In this document: positions 24,351-33,674 of the stretch, piece by piece
How the letters are laid out: each line of letters begins with the position of its first letter
How positions within the stretch are numbered: the stretch's first letter is position 1
Assembly: GCA_963771175.1 (NCBI GenBank)
Contig: CAVYSY010000047.1
Location: forward strand, 32,001 to 96,000
Direction of reading: 5' to 3'
Length of the DNA stretch: 64,000 nucleotides
Origin: an uncultured delta proteobacterium
GTDB taxonomy: Bacteria > Myxococcota > Myxococcia > Myxococcales > Myxococcaceae
Program-made: the position numbers and the translations under genes
The notes under the pieces: model-generated
What the model saw: only the letters and a program-made list of their open reading frames with translations
Databases searched by the model: none
What the model was told of the DNA's origin: nothing

Positions 24351-25721
24351 TCAGGTGCCGACTTCGCGCTGCATCTTCGCCACCGTGCCCTCGATGAGCT
24401 GGCGGATCTCCTCCAGCCGCTCGGGAGTACGGGCCTCGAAGCGCAGCACCAGGATGGGCTGGGTGTTGGAGGCGCGGATGAGGCCCCACCCGTCCGGGAA
24501 GGTCACTCGCACGCCGTCCACGTCCACCAGCGAGTAGCCCGCCGCGCGCAGCCACTCGGTGGCGCGCTTGACGATCTCGAACTTCTTCTCCTCCACCGTG
24601 TCCACGCGCAGCTCGGGCGAGGCGTACGTCTTGGGCACGTCCGCCAGCAGCTCGGACAGCGTGGCCTTCTCGTGGGTGAGGATCTCCAGCAGGCGCGCCG
24701 AGGAGTACACGGCGTCGTCGAAGCCGAAGTAGCGGTTCTTGAAGAAGATGTGGCCGCTCATCTCGCCGGCCAGCTCCGCGTGCTCCTCCTTCATCTTCGC
24801 CTTGATGAGGGAGTGGCCCGCCTTCCACATCACCGGCTTGCCGCCGTGCTTCGCGATGTCGTCATAGAGGGTGTAGGAGCACTTCACCTCGCCGACGATG
24901 GCCGCGCCCGGGCTCTCCTTCAGCACGTAGCGGCTGAAGAGGATCATGATCTGATCGCCCCAGAGGATGTTGCCCTGGTCGTCCACCACGCCGATGCGGT
25001 CGCTGTCGCCGTCGTAGGCGATGCCCACCTCGGCCTTCTCGCGCTTCACCGCCGCGATGAGGTCCTGCATGTTCTCCACCACCGTGGGGTCCGGGTGGTG
25101 GTTGGGGAAGGTGGCGTCCATCTCGCAGAAGAGCGGGACGACGTCGAAGCCCATGGCCTCGAAGAGCGGCACGGCGATGGCGCCGCCGGTGCCGTTGCCC
25201 GCGTCGATGACGATCTTCATCCCCTTGCGGCCCACCTTCACCGTCTGGCGGACGAAGTGGTTGTACGGGGTGATGATGTCGAACTCGCTCACGGTGCCCG
25301 GCTTGTCGGAGTGCTCGAAGTCGCGCGCCTCGATGAGCCGGCGCAGCGCCTGGATCTCGTGACCGTGGAAGGTCGTCTTGCCGGCGCCAATCTTGAAGCC
25401 GTTGTACTCGGGCGGGTTGTGGCTGCCGGTGATCATCGCCAGGCCGTCCACCGGCAGGGTGTTGGCGGCGAAGTAGGTCAGCGGGGTGGGCACCACGCCG
25501 ACGTCGAGCACGTTGAGACCGGTGGAGGTGAGGCCACGGCAGAGGGCGTCGCGGAAGCGGGTGGAGGACTCGCGGCAGTCGCGGCCGACCACGATGGAGC
25601 GTCCGCCCTGGCGCCGCACCACGGTGCCGAGTCCCTTCCCCAGCAGTTCCACCACCTCGACGGTGAGGTCCTTATCCACCAGGCCACGGATGTCGTACTC
25701 GCGGAAGATGTGCGCGTTCAT
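24351..25721 (-). CDS. Phosphomannomutase/phosphoglucomutase
   Basis: IFREYDIRG, TGSHNP, DGDSDR, GEMSGH, RASNTQP. Confidence 0.95.
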   Translation of the reverse strand: MNAHIFREYDIRGLVDKDLTVEVVELLGKGLGTVVRRQGGRSIVVGRDCRESSTRFRDALCRGLTSTGLNVLDVGVVPTPLTYFAANTLPVDGLAMITGSHNPPEYNGFKIGAGKTTFHGHEIQALRRLIEARDFEHSDKPGTVSEFDIITPYNHFVRQTVKVGRKGMKIVIDAGNGTGGAIAVPLFEAMGFDVVPLFCEMDATFPNHHPDPTVVENMQDLIAAVKREKAEVGIAYDGDSDRIGVVDDQGNILWGDQIMILFSRYVLKESPGAAIVGEVKCSYTLYDDIAKHGGKPVMWKAGHSLIKAKMKEEHAELAGEMSGHIFFKNRYFGFDDAVYSSARLLEILTHEKATLSELLADVPKTYASPELRVDTVEEKKFEIVKRATEWLRAAGYSLVDVDGVRVTFPDGWGLIRASNTQPILVLRFEARTPERLEEIRQLIEGTVAKMQREVGT

Positions 25722-25893
25722 GAGGCTGTTTCCTGAAAGCCCTCGGGGGGCATGTCGAGGGCGGCGCACTGTACACAAGCGCGGGGCGGTGGAGTATGCA
25801 AGCGAGGTCTTTCCAACCCCTTGAAATCCGAGCCTTTCAGGTGGCGGACATGAGCGGGCCTTCTGACCTGCTTGCACTGGGGACGGGGGAGGC

Positions 25894-27045
25894 TCAGCCG
25901 GCGGTCCGGGCCTCCAGCTCGCGGTCGAAGTCCACGAGCGCCCGGACGATGTGCTCCCGCGAGTCGGAGAGCAGCAGGTACCGCGCGTAGTCGTGCCCCC
26001 GGGCGAGCTGCTCCAGGAGCGGGTAGACCGGGCGCGTCCGCGTCCAGAACTCCTGGCCCAGGAAGATCATCGGGCTGACCACGCCCACGGTGTTGTAGTG
26101 GTTCTGGCAGGCATCCTGGAAGACCTCCTGGATGGTGCCAGCGCTGCCCGGGGAGTAGATGACGCCCCCCTTCGCGATGGTGAGCAGGCCGTCCTCGCGC
26201 ACGCTGTTGGCGAAGTACTTGGCGATGTGGGTGGCGAAGGGATTGGGCGGCTCGTGGCCGTAGTGCCAGGTGGGGAGGCCCAGGCTCTCGCAGGCCGGGC
26301 GGTCCTCGTCCCGCAGCGGCCAGGCCGCGCGCACCTCGAAGGCCCGCGCGAGCCACTCCCGGTCCTGGTAGCTCGGGGCCTTGGACAGCAGCGCGAGGGC
26401 CGAGTCCAGCTCCGCCTCGCTCCGGCGGGCGAACCAGGCGCCCAGGTGCGTGGCCTCCATGGCGCCCGGTCCCCCGCCGCTCACCAGGAAGAAGCCGAGG
26501 CGCGCCAGCTCGCGGGCCAGCTCCGCCACGGCGCGGTAGTCGGGCTGTCCCCGGCGCATGGAGTGGCCGCCCATGATGGCCACCACCTTGCGCGGGCGAC
26601 CCTGGTGGGCGAGCACATCCTCCATGGCATCGGTGACGGCATGGTCATGGAGCCGCTGCGCCAGCGTCTCCAGCAGCGAGGGAGGGTTGGCCCCGCCGCG
26701 CGAGTTCCAATGGGCGTAGATGCGGGCGTCGGGCGTGTCCGCGTAGCTCTCGGGGCGCGCGGGGTCGAAGCCGGCGTACAGCTCCTCCGGGGTGTAGAGG
26801 CTCCCCCGGTAGGGCGAATAGGGCAGCCCCGAGAAGGGCGGGAAGACCATGGCCCCGTGCGCGAGGACGGCCTGCAGCGTGTCCTTCTCGAGCTGGCAGC
26901 CCAGGAAGACGGTGCCGGTGAGGTCCGCGGCCAGCAACGCCCGGGTGCGCCCCGTCAGGTCGAGCCCCTGCAGGATGACGTTGGCGAGGCTCCTCCCGCT
27001 CGCCAGGTGCTGCTCGAATACCGCGAGGCTCTCAATCTCGACCAC
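25894..27045 (-). CDS. LOG-family (Rossmann-fold nucleotide-binding) protein
   Basis: SGGGPGAMEA and PGSAGTIQE motifs. Confidence 0.8.
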   Translation of the reverse strand: MVEIESLAVFEQHLASGRSLANVILQGLDLTGRTRALLAADLTGTVFLGCQLEKDTLQAVLAHGAMVFPPFSGLPYSPYRGSLYTPEELYAGFDPARPESYADTPDARIYAHWNSRGGANPPSLLETLAQRLHDHAVTDAMEDVLAHQGRPRKVVAIMGGHSMRRGQPDYRAVAELARELARLGFFLVSGGGPGAMEATHLGAWFARRSEAELDSALALLSKAPSYQDREWLARAFEVRAAWPLRDEDRPACESLGLPTWHYGHEPPNPFATHIAKYFANSVREDGLLTIAKGGVIYSPGSAGTIQEVFQDACQNHYNTVGVVSPMIFLGQEFWTRTRPVYPLLEQLARGHDYARYLLLSDSREHIVRALVDFDRELEARTAG

Positions 27046-27158
27046 GCCAACCTCCCGTGAGTGCGAAGAGCATCGAGGCTATCAGGAGACCCTCGCCTCC
27101 GGGATGAATCCTCGGGCCTTCATGACCAATCCCGAGAAGCCGTGTTCGAGGGAGCACC

Positions 27159-28199
27159 TCATCTCAGCCTGTCCCGTCTTTGCCGTGTCAGCTCCGCTTC
27201 GAGTTCCTGGACGGAAGGCAGGCTCCTGGCAAGGTTGTTGGGCAATCGCTCGGTCAGCCTGTATGCGGAGACTCCGATGGGCCTTTTCGTGTCCCTGAGG
27301 GCGTACTCGACGATGACCCGGTCCCGCTCCTTGCAGAGGATGAGCCCGATACTGGGCTGATCACTCTCATGGCGGAGAGTGTCGTCCACAGCCGACAGAT
27401 AGAAGTTCATCTTCCCGGCGTATTCTGGCTCGAACTCGCCCGTCTTCAGCTCGATGACGACGAAGCAGCGCAGGCGCAGGTGATAGAAGAGCAGATCGAT
27501 GTAGAAGTCCTTCTTTGCTACTTCGATGGGCACCTGGCTGCCGACGAAGGCGAAGCCAACCCCCAGTTCCAACAGAAAGTCTCGAATGTGGACCAGCAAC
27601 TCACGCTCGAGCTCCCGCTCTCGAAGTTCCAAGCCGAACGGCAGGAAGTCGAGGGTGTACGGATCCTTGAGCGTCTGTTGAGCGAGATCTGACTGGGGCG
27701 GGGGCAGAGTCTGGGCAAAGTTCGTGATGGCATGACCCTGCCGCCGGTGCAGTCCCCCATCGATCTGGTGCACCAACACATTGCGAGACCAACCATGCTC
27801 GAGGGTCTGGCGCACGTAGAAGAGCCGGTGCTCCGGGTCACGGACACGGTCAAGCAACCGCACATGGTGGCCCCAGGGGATTCGTGCAACAAGTTGTTGC
27901 ACAATTGGCTCATCAGGCCACGCCTCGGCGAAAGCCCGCATGTACTGCAGATTGCGGACGGAGAAGCCCTTGTTCGAGGGGAAGGCCCGCCGCAAATCCG
28001 CGCTGAGCCGGTCAATGACCTGGGCGCCCCACCCTTCCCGGGCCTGCTGATCCAGGAGCTTCCGTCCAATCCGCCAGTACAGCAGGACGAGTTCGGAGTT
28101 CGCCGAGAACACCGCGCGAACCTGCGCTTGGCGGATACCAACCTTCAGATCCTCCAAGAACCTGGCGTAACCGGGGGGAACGAATGAGCGGGGAGACAT
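27159..28199 (-). CDS. YhcG/DUF1016 PD-(D/E)XK nuclease-domain protein
   Basis: LYWRIG, GFSVRNLQYMRAFA, KDPYTLDFL, FLLELGVGFAFVGSQ, IDLLFYH, VVIELK, GKMNFYL. Confidence 0.93.
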   Translation of the reverse strand: MSPRSFVPPGYARFLEDLKVGIRQAQVRAVFSANSELVLLYWRIGRKLLDQQAREGWGAQVIDRLSADLRRAFPSNKGFSVRNLQYMRAFAEAWPDEPIVQQLVARIPWGHHVRLLDRVRDPEHRLFYVRQTLEHGWSRNVLVHQIDGGLHRRQGHAITNFAQTLPPPQSDLAQQTLKDPYTLDFLPFGLELRERELERELLVHIRDFLLELGVGFAFVGSQVPIEVAKKDFYIDLLFYHLRLRCFVVIELKTGEFEPEYAGKMNFYLSAVDDTLRHESDQPSIGLILCKERDRVIVEYALRDTKRPIGVSAYRLTERLPNNLARSLPSVQELEAELTRQRRDRLR

Positions 28200-28327
28200 T
28201 CCAGACCACGAACCCTACTCTTCTGGTTCCCTATAGGCAACCCACCTTTCTCGTCACCCACCGAGCAGTCACACCTCTCGCAAGGAGGTGCCCGTCCATT
28301 CCAGCAACCATCCCACCTCCCAGGCCC

Positions 28328-30206
28328 TCAAGGCCCGGGCTGGCCGCCGAAGGACTCGGCGCCACGGGGCTGACGCCCGTACGCCTCGCCCGGCTTCAGC
28401 GGTGCCAGCCACAGCAGGTCCAGGGCCTGCATCCCGTCGGGCGAGTAGAGGGACACCTCGGGGCGCTCCGGGCTCATCGTCGCGCCCAGCCCCTCCGCGC
28501 CGGAGGCCCCCTGGCGGAAGGTGACGAGCTGCCCGGGCGCCACGGTGAGGGCGGGCAGCCGCCACTGGGTGGTCATCCGGGTATGTCCCGAGAGGTAGAG
28601 GCCGTCCAGGGACACCGACGCGCGCCCCCGGTTGTAGAGCTGCACCCAGAAGGCGCCGGAGGCGTCGCGGCCCACCCGGTCGATGACGAGCGGCCCGTTG
28701 CCCAGCGCCTCGATGGCGTGGAGGTGGCTGTGCAACCACGCGTTGCGCTCGTGCACGAAGCGGCGGAGGTAATCGGCACTGCGCGCGGCGTGCTCGGGGC
28801 TGACGTACGGGTCCACCGTCTTGCCGTCCTTGCCGGGGAGGATGTACGGAGCGAGCAGCTTGTGCATGGCCTCCACGCGCGGGCGGATGTTGGCCTCGGT
28901 GAACCAGGTGTCGAGCAACAGGCGCAGCCGGGCGACATAGCGGGCGCGCAGGGCCGAGTCATCGTAGATGCGCGTGGTCAGCGTGCTGTACGTGGGCTTC
29001 ATGTCCGTCACGCCGAGCACGTCACGGCGGAACACGAAGAGCTCGTACACTCTCGGGTCATAGGCGGTGTACGAGAAAAGCGGGTGCTCACCCTTCACGC
29101 CCTGGATGACGGCGTTGGTGCGGTTGTAGAGGGACAGCGCGTTGTTGAGGTCCCACGGCACGTACGTCCACCTGCCCAGCTCGCGGTCGTAGACGAGATA
29201 GCTGCGCGAGTCGCCCTGGAGGTCGTTGGCGATGAAGGCGTCCAGCGCCATCCACGTGAGGTAGTCCTCCAGCTCCAGCTTCTGCTCGGCGAAGGCGGCG
29301 AACCGGTGCGGCGGCGTGCGGTTCACCCCCTCGAGGAAGCTCCACAGCCCATCCCACGGCTCCTTCTCGTGGGTCTTCTTGTCCCACTTCTCCTGGTACG
29401 GCTCCTGGGGCGGCTGGCGCAGCTCGCAGTCGACCATGCCACAGCGGTAGAGGTCCCCGTCATCATCGAAATCGTGGGCCGCGAGGAAGTCCTTGTTGAT
29501 GGACTCCAGCTCGGTGAAGACGCCCTCGTACTTCGTGAGGACGCTCCCGTTGACCTGGACGATGTGGAGCTTCACGTGGACGTAGCGGGCGCTCGGCACG
29601 CGCAGGCCCACGCTGGCGGCCAGGTCGTACCAGAGCTTCTCGGTGAGGTAGCCCGAGTCCTTCCACGTCGCGAGCAGCTCGATGTTCTTCTTCCCCTGGA
29701 AGCGAGCCTCCTTGTCGAAGCGCACGTCCCAGGACTTCTTCACGATGCGCGGGTCCGTCTTGGTGGAGCGCCCGCGGAAGCTCAGCTCCACCGGGTACGT
29801 GCGGCCCTCGTGGAGGAACTGGCCCTTCACCTGGAATTTCCTCGAGGGAGGATCCGGAATGTGGTCGTAGAGGGCCTGGTAGTCCGCCTGACTCAGCGTC
29901 AGCTCGTAGGTGGGAATGGACGTCTGCAGTGCCGGCCACCGGGGCTTCGAGGGCGAGGGCCTCGAGCCCGTATGAGTCCCCGAGTCGGGATTGCCGGCAT
30001 CCGGTGAACCCGCGTCCGGTGTGCCCGCATCCGGTGTGCCCGCGTCCGGTGTGCCCGCGTCCGGCGGCTCGGGGCGCGTCCCGGAATCGGGAGGCTCGGA
30101 GTCGAAGAGGTCCGTGGGGTCCTCTCGCACGTCGCGTCGGGTCGCTCGAGCCACCGACACACGCCCCCAGGAGGAGGAGCAGTCCAGTGAGGAACGCGAT
30201 TCTCAT
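28328..30206 (-). CDS. CotH-family kinase lipoprotein with a C-terminal lamin-tail-like domain (frameshift near 30130)
   Basis: MRIAFLTGLLLLLGAC lipobox in an adjacent frame; DAGTP linker; FRGRST, KKSW, YVPWDLN; WVQLYNRG..VSLDGLYLS. Confidence 0.85.
29995..30064 (-). repeat. 15-bp tandem repeat encoding DAGTP-like units, about 5 copies
   Basis: CCGGTGTGCCCGC(G/A)T units on the + strand. Confidence 0.8.
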
Positions 30207-30258
30207 ACACCCGCCCAGAAACAAGTGATGCGCCAGGGTCGCGGCCCTCGGAGGGCAC

Positions 30259-32079
30259 TCACGGGGAAGGCGTCGCATGGCGCTCGGGGGCCTCGGCGGA
30301 GGCCGTGCGCAGGCGCTGCGCGAGCGAGTGGTAGTAGCGGTGCAGCGAGAGGTTGAGCGGATCGACGGTGAGGGCCTCGGCGTAGCGCGCCAGGGCGGCG
30401 TCGAGCACATGCTGGGCCTCCAGGAGGATGCCCTCGTCGAAGAAGGAGCGCGCGCGGGCCTCCGCGTCCGGACGGGTGGCGAGGAAGGCCTGACGCAGGC
30501 GCTCCACCGCGCTCAGCGACACCCCGGCGACGATGCAGCGGGCCACGCCCCGGAAGTTGCCCCGGGCCGCATCGAAGCGCGCGCGAGAGAGCGGATCGCC
30601 CAGCGTCCTCCGGGCCATCTCCAGCCGGTCGCGGAGCGACGTGAGGGCCTGGCGCTGCTCGGGAGGCAGGGGTCGATGCCAGAAGGGCTCGAGCCGGCGG
30701 TGGGCCTGGGTGACACGCTGTAGCACCTCGGCGAAGTCCGAGTGCGGGTGGATGGCCAGGAGGGTGTAGGGGTCCTGGCTGCTCGCGGCCGCGCGGGCCA
30801 GCAGTTGGGCGAGCTCCGGATCCGGCGTCGGCTCCGCGGGAGGAGGCGCCAGCGCCTGGGCCACCAGGCGGCGCACGTCCTCGGAGGGCTCGGAGAAGTG
30901 GAGGATGAAGCACTGGCGGCCGCCCCAGGAGCGCGCCTCCTCCGCGGGCAGCAGGCGCACCACGTCGCACGCGCATTCGAGCGCCCAGCCGTTGAGGGAC
31001 AGCTCCACCCGGAGGCGGGCGCCGAGCCTCGGCAACGGCGCGTCACTGGCGATGCGCAGGCCCTCCTCGCTCACGTCGTTGACGAGCACCGACTGCAGCC
31101 CGGGACGGTGCGGATCCTCGACCCGCACGCGGAAGGCGGGAGGCGCGATGCAGCCGAAGGCGGGACGCCGCATGGCCTCGCGCAGGGCCGAGCGGAAGGC
31201 CCGGGCGCTGACGAAGCGCTCGTCGGGGCGCAGGGACATGGCCTGCATCAGCAGCGTGGAGAGGGCCGGCGGCACGCGCTCCTCGAGGACGTGCGGCGGC
31301 AGCGGCCGGGTGGGCTTGTGGACGAGGAGCATCTCGCCCATGCGCCCGCCACCGCCGAAGGGCAGCCGCCCGGTGAGGAGCCGGTAGCCCACCACCGCGA
31401 GCGCGTACAGGTCCGCGCGCCCATCCGGCTCGGCGCGCACCCACAGCTCGGGAGCGAGGTAGGCGGGGCTGCCCACCACCATCCCGGCGGCGAGCTCCTC
31501 CTCGGAGAAGCCCGCGGCCAGGGGGCCGGCCATGCCGAAGTCGAGAATCTTCACGCGCCGCTCACCCTCCCGGTTGGTGGTGAGGACGAGGTTCTCCGGC
31601 TTGATGTCGCGGTGGATGACGCCGCACGCGTGCGCGGCCTCCAGGCCCTCCAGCACCTGGGAGAGCAGGAACACGGCCTCCTCGGGAGGCAGCGGCAGCG
31701 ACAACTTCGACAACGGGGTGCCGGTGACGCACTCCATGAGGAGGCAGTGGTGGCCGCTGGGCGCCTGACGCACGTCGAGGACACGGGCCACACTGGGGTG
31801 GATGATGTGCTGGGAGAGGTGCGCCTCCGAGTAGAAGCGGCTGAGCACGGCCGGGTTCTCGGCCAGGTGCGAGTGGAGCACCTTCACCGCGAAGTGCGCA
31901 CCCGAGGACGAGTGCTCGGCGAGGTACACGGTGCCGAGCGCCCCCGCGCCCAGCTTGCGAACGAGGACGAGTGGCCCGTAGCCCATGCCCGACAGGGCCT
32001 CGCTGTCACACGGAGGTCCCACGGGCAGGGTGCACGGTGCACTGGTTGGATGATCAACGAAGCAGTGGTTGCAACCCAT
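30259..32079 (-). CDS. Ser/Thr protein kinase with PilZ-like, DnaJ-like and TPR domains
   Basis: LGAGALGTVY, HRDIKPEN, DFGMA, YLAPE; NDVSEEG (PilZ DxSxxG); DPYTLL...LGDPLSRARFD. Confidence 0.85.
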   Translation of the reverse strand: MGCNHCFVDHPTSAPCTLPVGPPCDSEALSGMGYGPLVLVRKLGAGALGTVYLAEHSSSGAHFAVKVLHSHLAENPAVLSRFYSEAHLSQHIIHPSVARVLDVRQAPSGHHCLLMECVTGTPLSKLSLPLPPEEAVFLLSQVLEGLEAAHACGVIHRDIKPENLVLTTNREGERRVKILDFGMAGPLAAGFSEEELAAGMVVGSPAYLAPELWVRAEPDGRADLYALAVVGYRLLTGRLPFGGGGRMGEMLLVHKPTRPLPPHVLEERVPPALSTLLMQAMSLRPDERFVSARAFRSALREAMRRPAFGCIAPPAFRVRVEDPHRPGLQSVLVNDVSEEGLRIASDAPLPRLGARLRVELSLNGWALECACDVVRLLPAEEARSWGGRQCFILHFSEPSEDVRRLVAQALAPPPAEPTPDPELAQLLARAAASSQDPYTLLAIHPHSDFAEVLQRVTQAHRRLEPFWHRPLPPEQRQALTSLRDRLEMARRTLGDPLSRARFDAARGNFRGVARCIVAGVSLSAVERLRQAFLATRPDAEARARSFFDEGILLEAQHVLDAALARYAEALTVDPLNLSLHRYYHSLAQRLRTASAEAPERHATPSP

Positions 32080-32490
32080 CGCCGCCCCCAGCAGCGCTCG
32101 CCTGCACGGCAGCGCACGCGCGGAGCATTGCAACCTCCGTGCAGCCCCTGCTCCGTTGGAGAAGCGACGGCGCAAGCGTGGGAAGTGCCGTGATGAACCC
32201 CTGGAGAACGGGACGGGGCCGGTAATTCCTGCAAACCCACCCATGAAAAAACGACGGTCCCGCGGAAGCTCCGGCTCACCCCACCGCGGATGTGGGCAGC
32301 CCCTCCCCCAAGTCGGAGCTCAATGGAGACTTTCGGAAAGGTGGTCGAGGACGTGAGCCTGCCCCGAGGACAGGGCCCACACGCGGCCATGCAAGGCCGA
32401 CTCCGGCCCCGCGCACGCCAGCAACAGGAGCAGCAGGACGCTCCCGACTCTCCACCCCGGTGCGCCCCGCCTCCCGTGCATCACCACGTC

Positions 32491-33556
32491 CTACAGGAAC
32501 TTCTCGCGCTTGCGGCTCTTGAGCGCCTCGACCACCTTGCGCACGTCCTGGCTCTTGTCCTTGGGCACCACCAGCACCGCGTCGCCCGAGTCCACCACCA
32601 CCATGTCGGTGAGGCCCACCACGGCCAGCGGGCGCTTGTCGGCGAGCACCACGCAGCCCTTGCAGTCCACCACCACCGCCTCGGCCCCGAGACGACGTTG
32701 CCGTTCTCGTCCGCGGGGCGCACCTCGGGGATGGCGGCGAAGGAGCCCACGTCGGACCAGCCGAAGTCGCCCGGCAGCACCGCGATGTTGGAGCGCCTTC
32801 TCCATCACCCCGTAGTCGATGGAGATGGAGGGCAGCTTCGGGAACACGCGCTTGAGCACGCGCCGCGAAGGTGCGCTTCCCCGCCGCCTTGCGCAGCGCG
32901 TCCAGCCCCTTCTGCATCTCCGGCATGTGCTTCGCGAAGGCCTCCAGGATGACGTCCGCCCGGAAGACGAAGATGCCGGCGTTCCACAGGTACTCGCCCG
33001 ACTCCACGTAGCGCCGCGCCGTCTCCACGTCCGGCTTCTCGCGGAAGGCCCTCACCTGGCGGCTCCCTCCCTCGAGGGCGTCGCCCACCTGGATGTAGCC
33101 GTAGCCCGTCTCCGGGCGGTTCGGCTTGATGCCCAGCGTGACGAGATGACCCTTCTCGGCGACCCGCGCCGCCTCGGCGATGGTCTTCTTGAAGCCGGCC
33201 ACGTCCGCCACGTGATGGTCCGAGGGCAGGACGACCAGGATGCCCTCCGGGTCCCTCGCGGCCACCTGCAGCGCGGCCAGGGCGATGGCCGGCGCGGTGT
33301 TGCGCGCCACCGGCTCGACGAGGAGGTTCTTCTTCGGCAGGCCCTTCACCAGCTTGGCCGCCTGCTTCGCGTGCAGGGGGCCGCAGACGATGAGGGTGTC
33401 CTTCACCGAGGCCAGCCCCTTGAGGCGCCCCGCGGTGTCGGTGATGAGCGGGCTCTTCGAGGCCAGCGGGAGGAACTGCTTGGGGCGCGCCTTGCGCGAC
33501 AGCGGCCAGAAACGGGTGCCGGAACCACCGGCCATGATGACGGGATAGAGGGTCAT
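32491..33556 (-). CDS. manC: Mannose-1-phosphate guanylyltransferase (frameshifted)
   Basis: MAGGSGTRFWPLSR..PKQF, RNTAPAI, PSDH, PETGYGYI, WNAGIF, SIDYGVMEK, WSDVGS. Confidence 0.92.
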
Positions 33557-33674
33557 GGGCGGCGCAAGATAGCGCCTTGCCCGCCGCCCGCCAGGGGTCC
33601 GTCTGCCCGGCTCCTCCTCGACCGTTGGCAGGAGTTTTGACCGCACCCCAAAAAGCCAGTCTCATGCCGGCGCG

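Noticed and set aside
32080..32490. Small ORFs or a c-di-GMP riboswitch in the 410-bp spacer upstream of the kinase
   Set aside because: The ORFs lack coding-like composition and the GCAAA-containing stretch does not form the expected two-stem structure.
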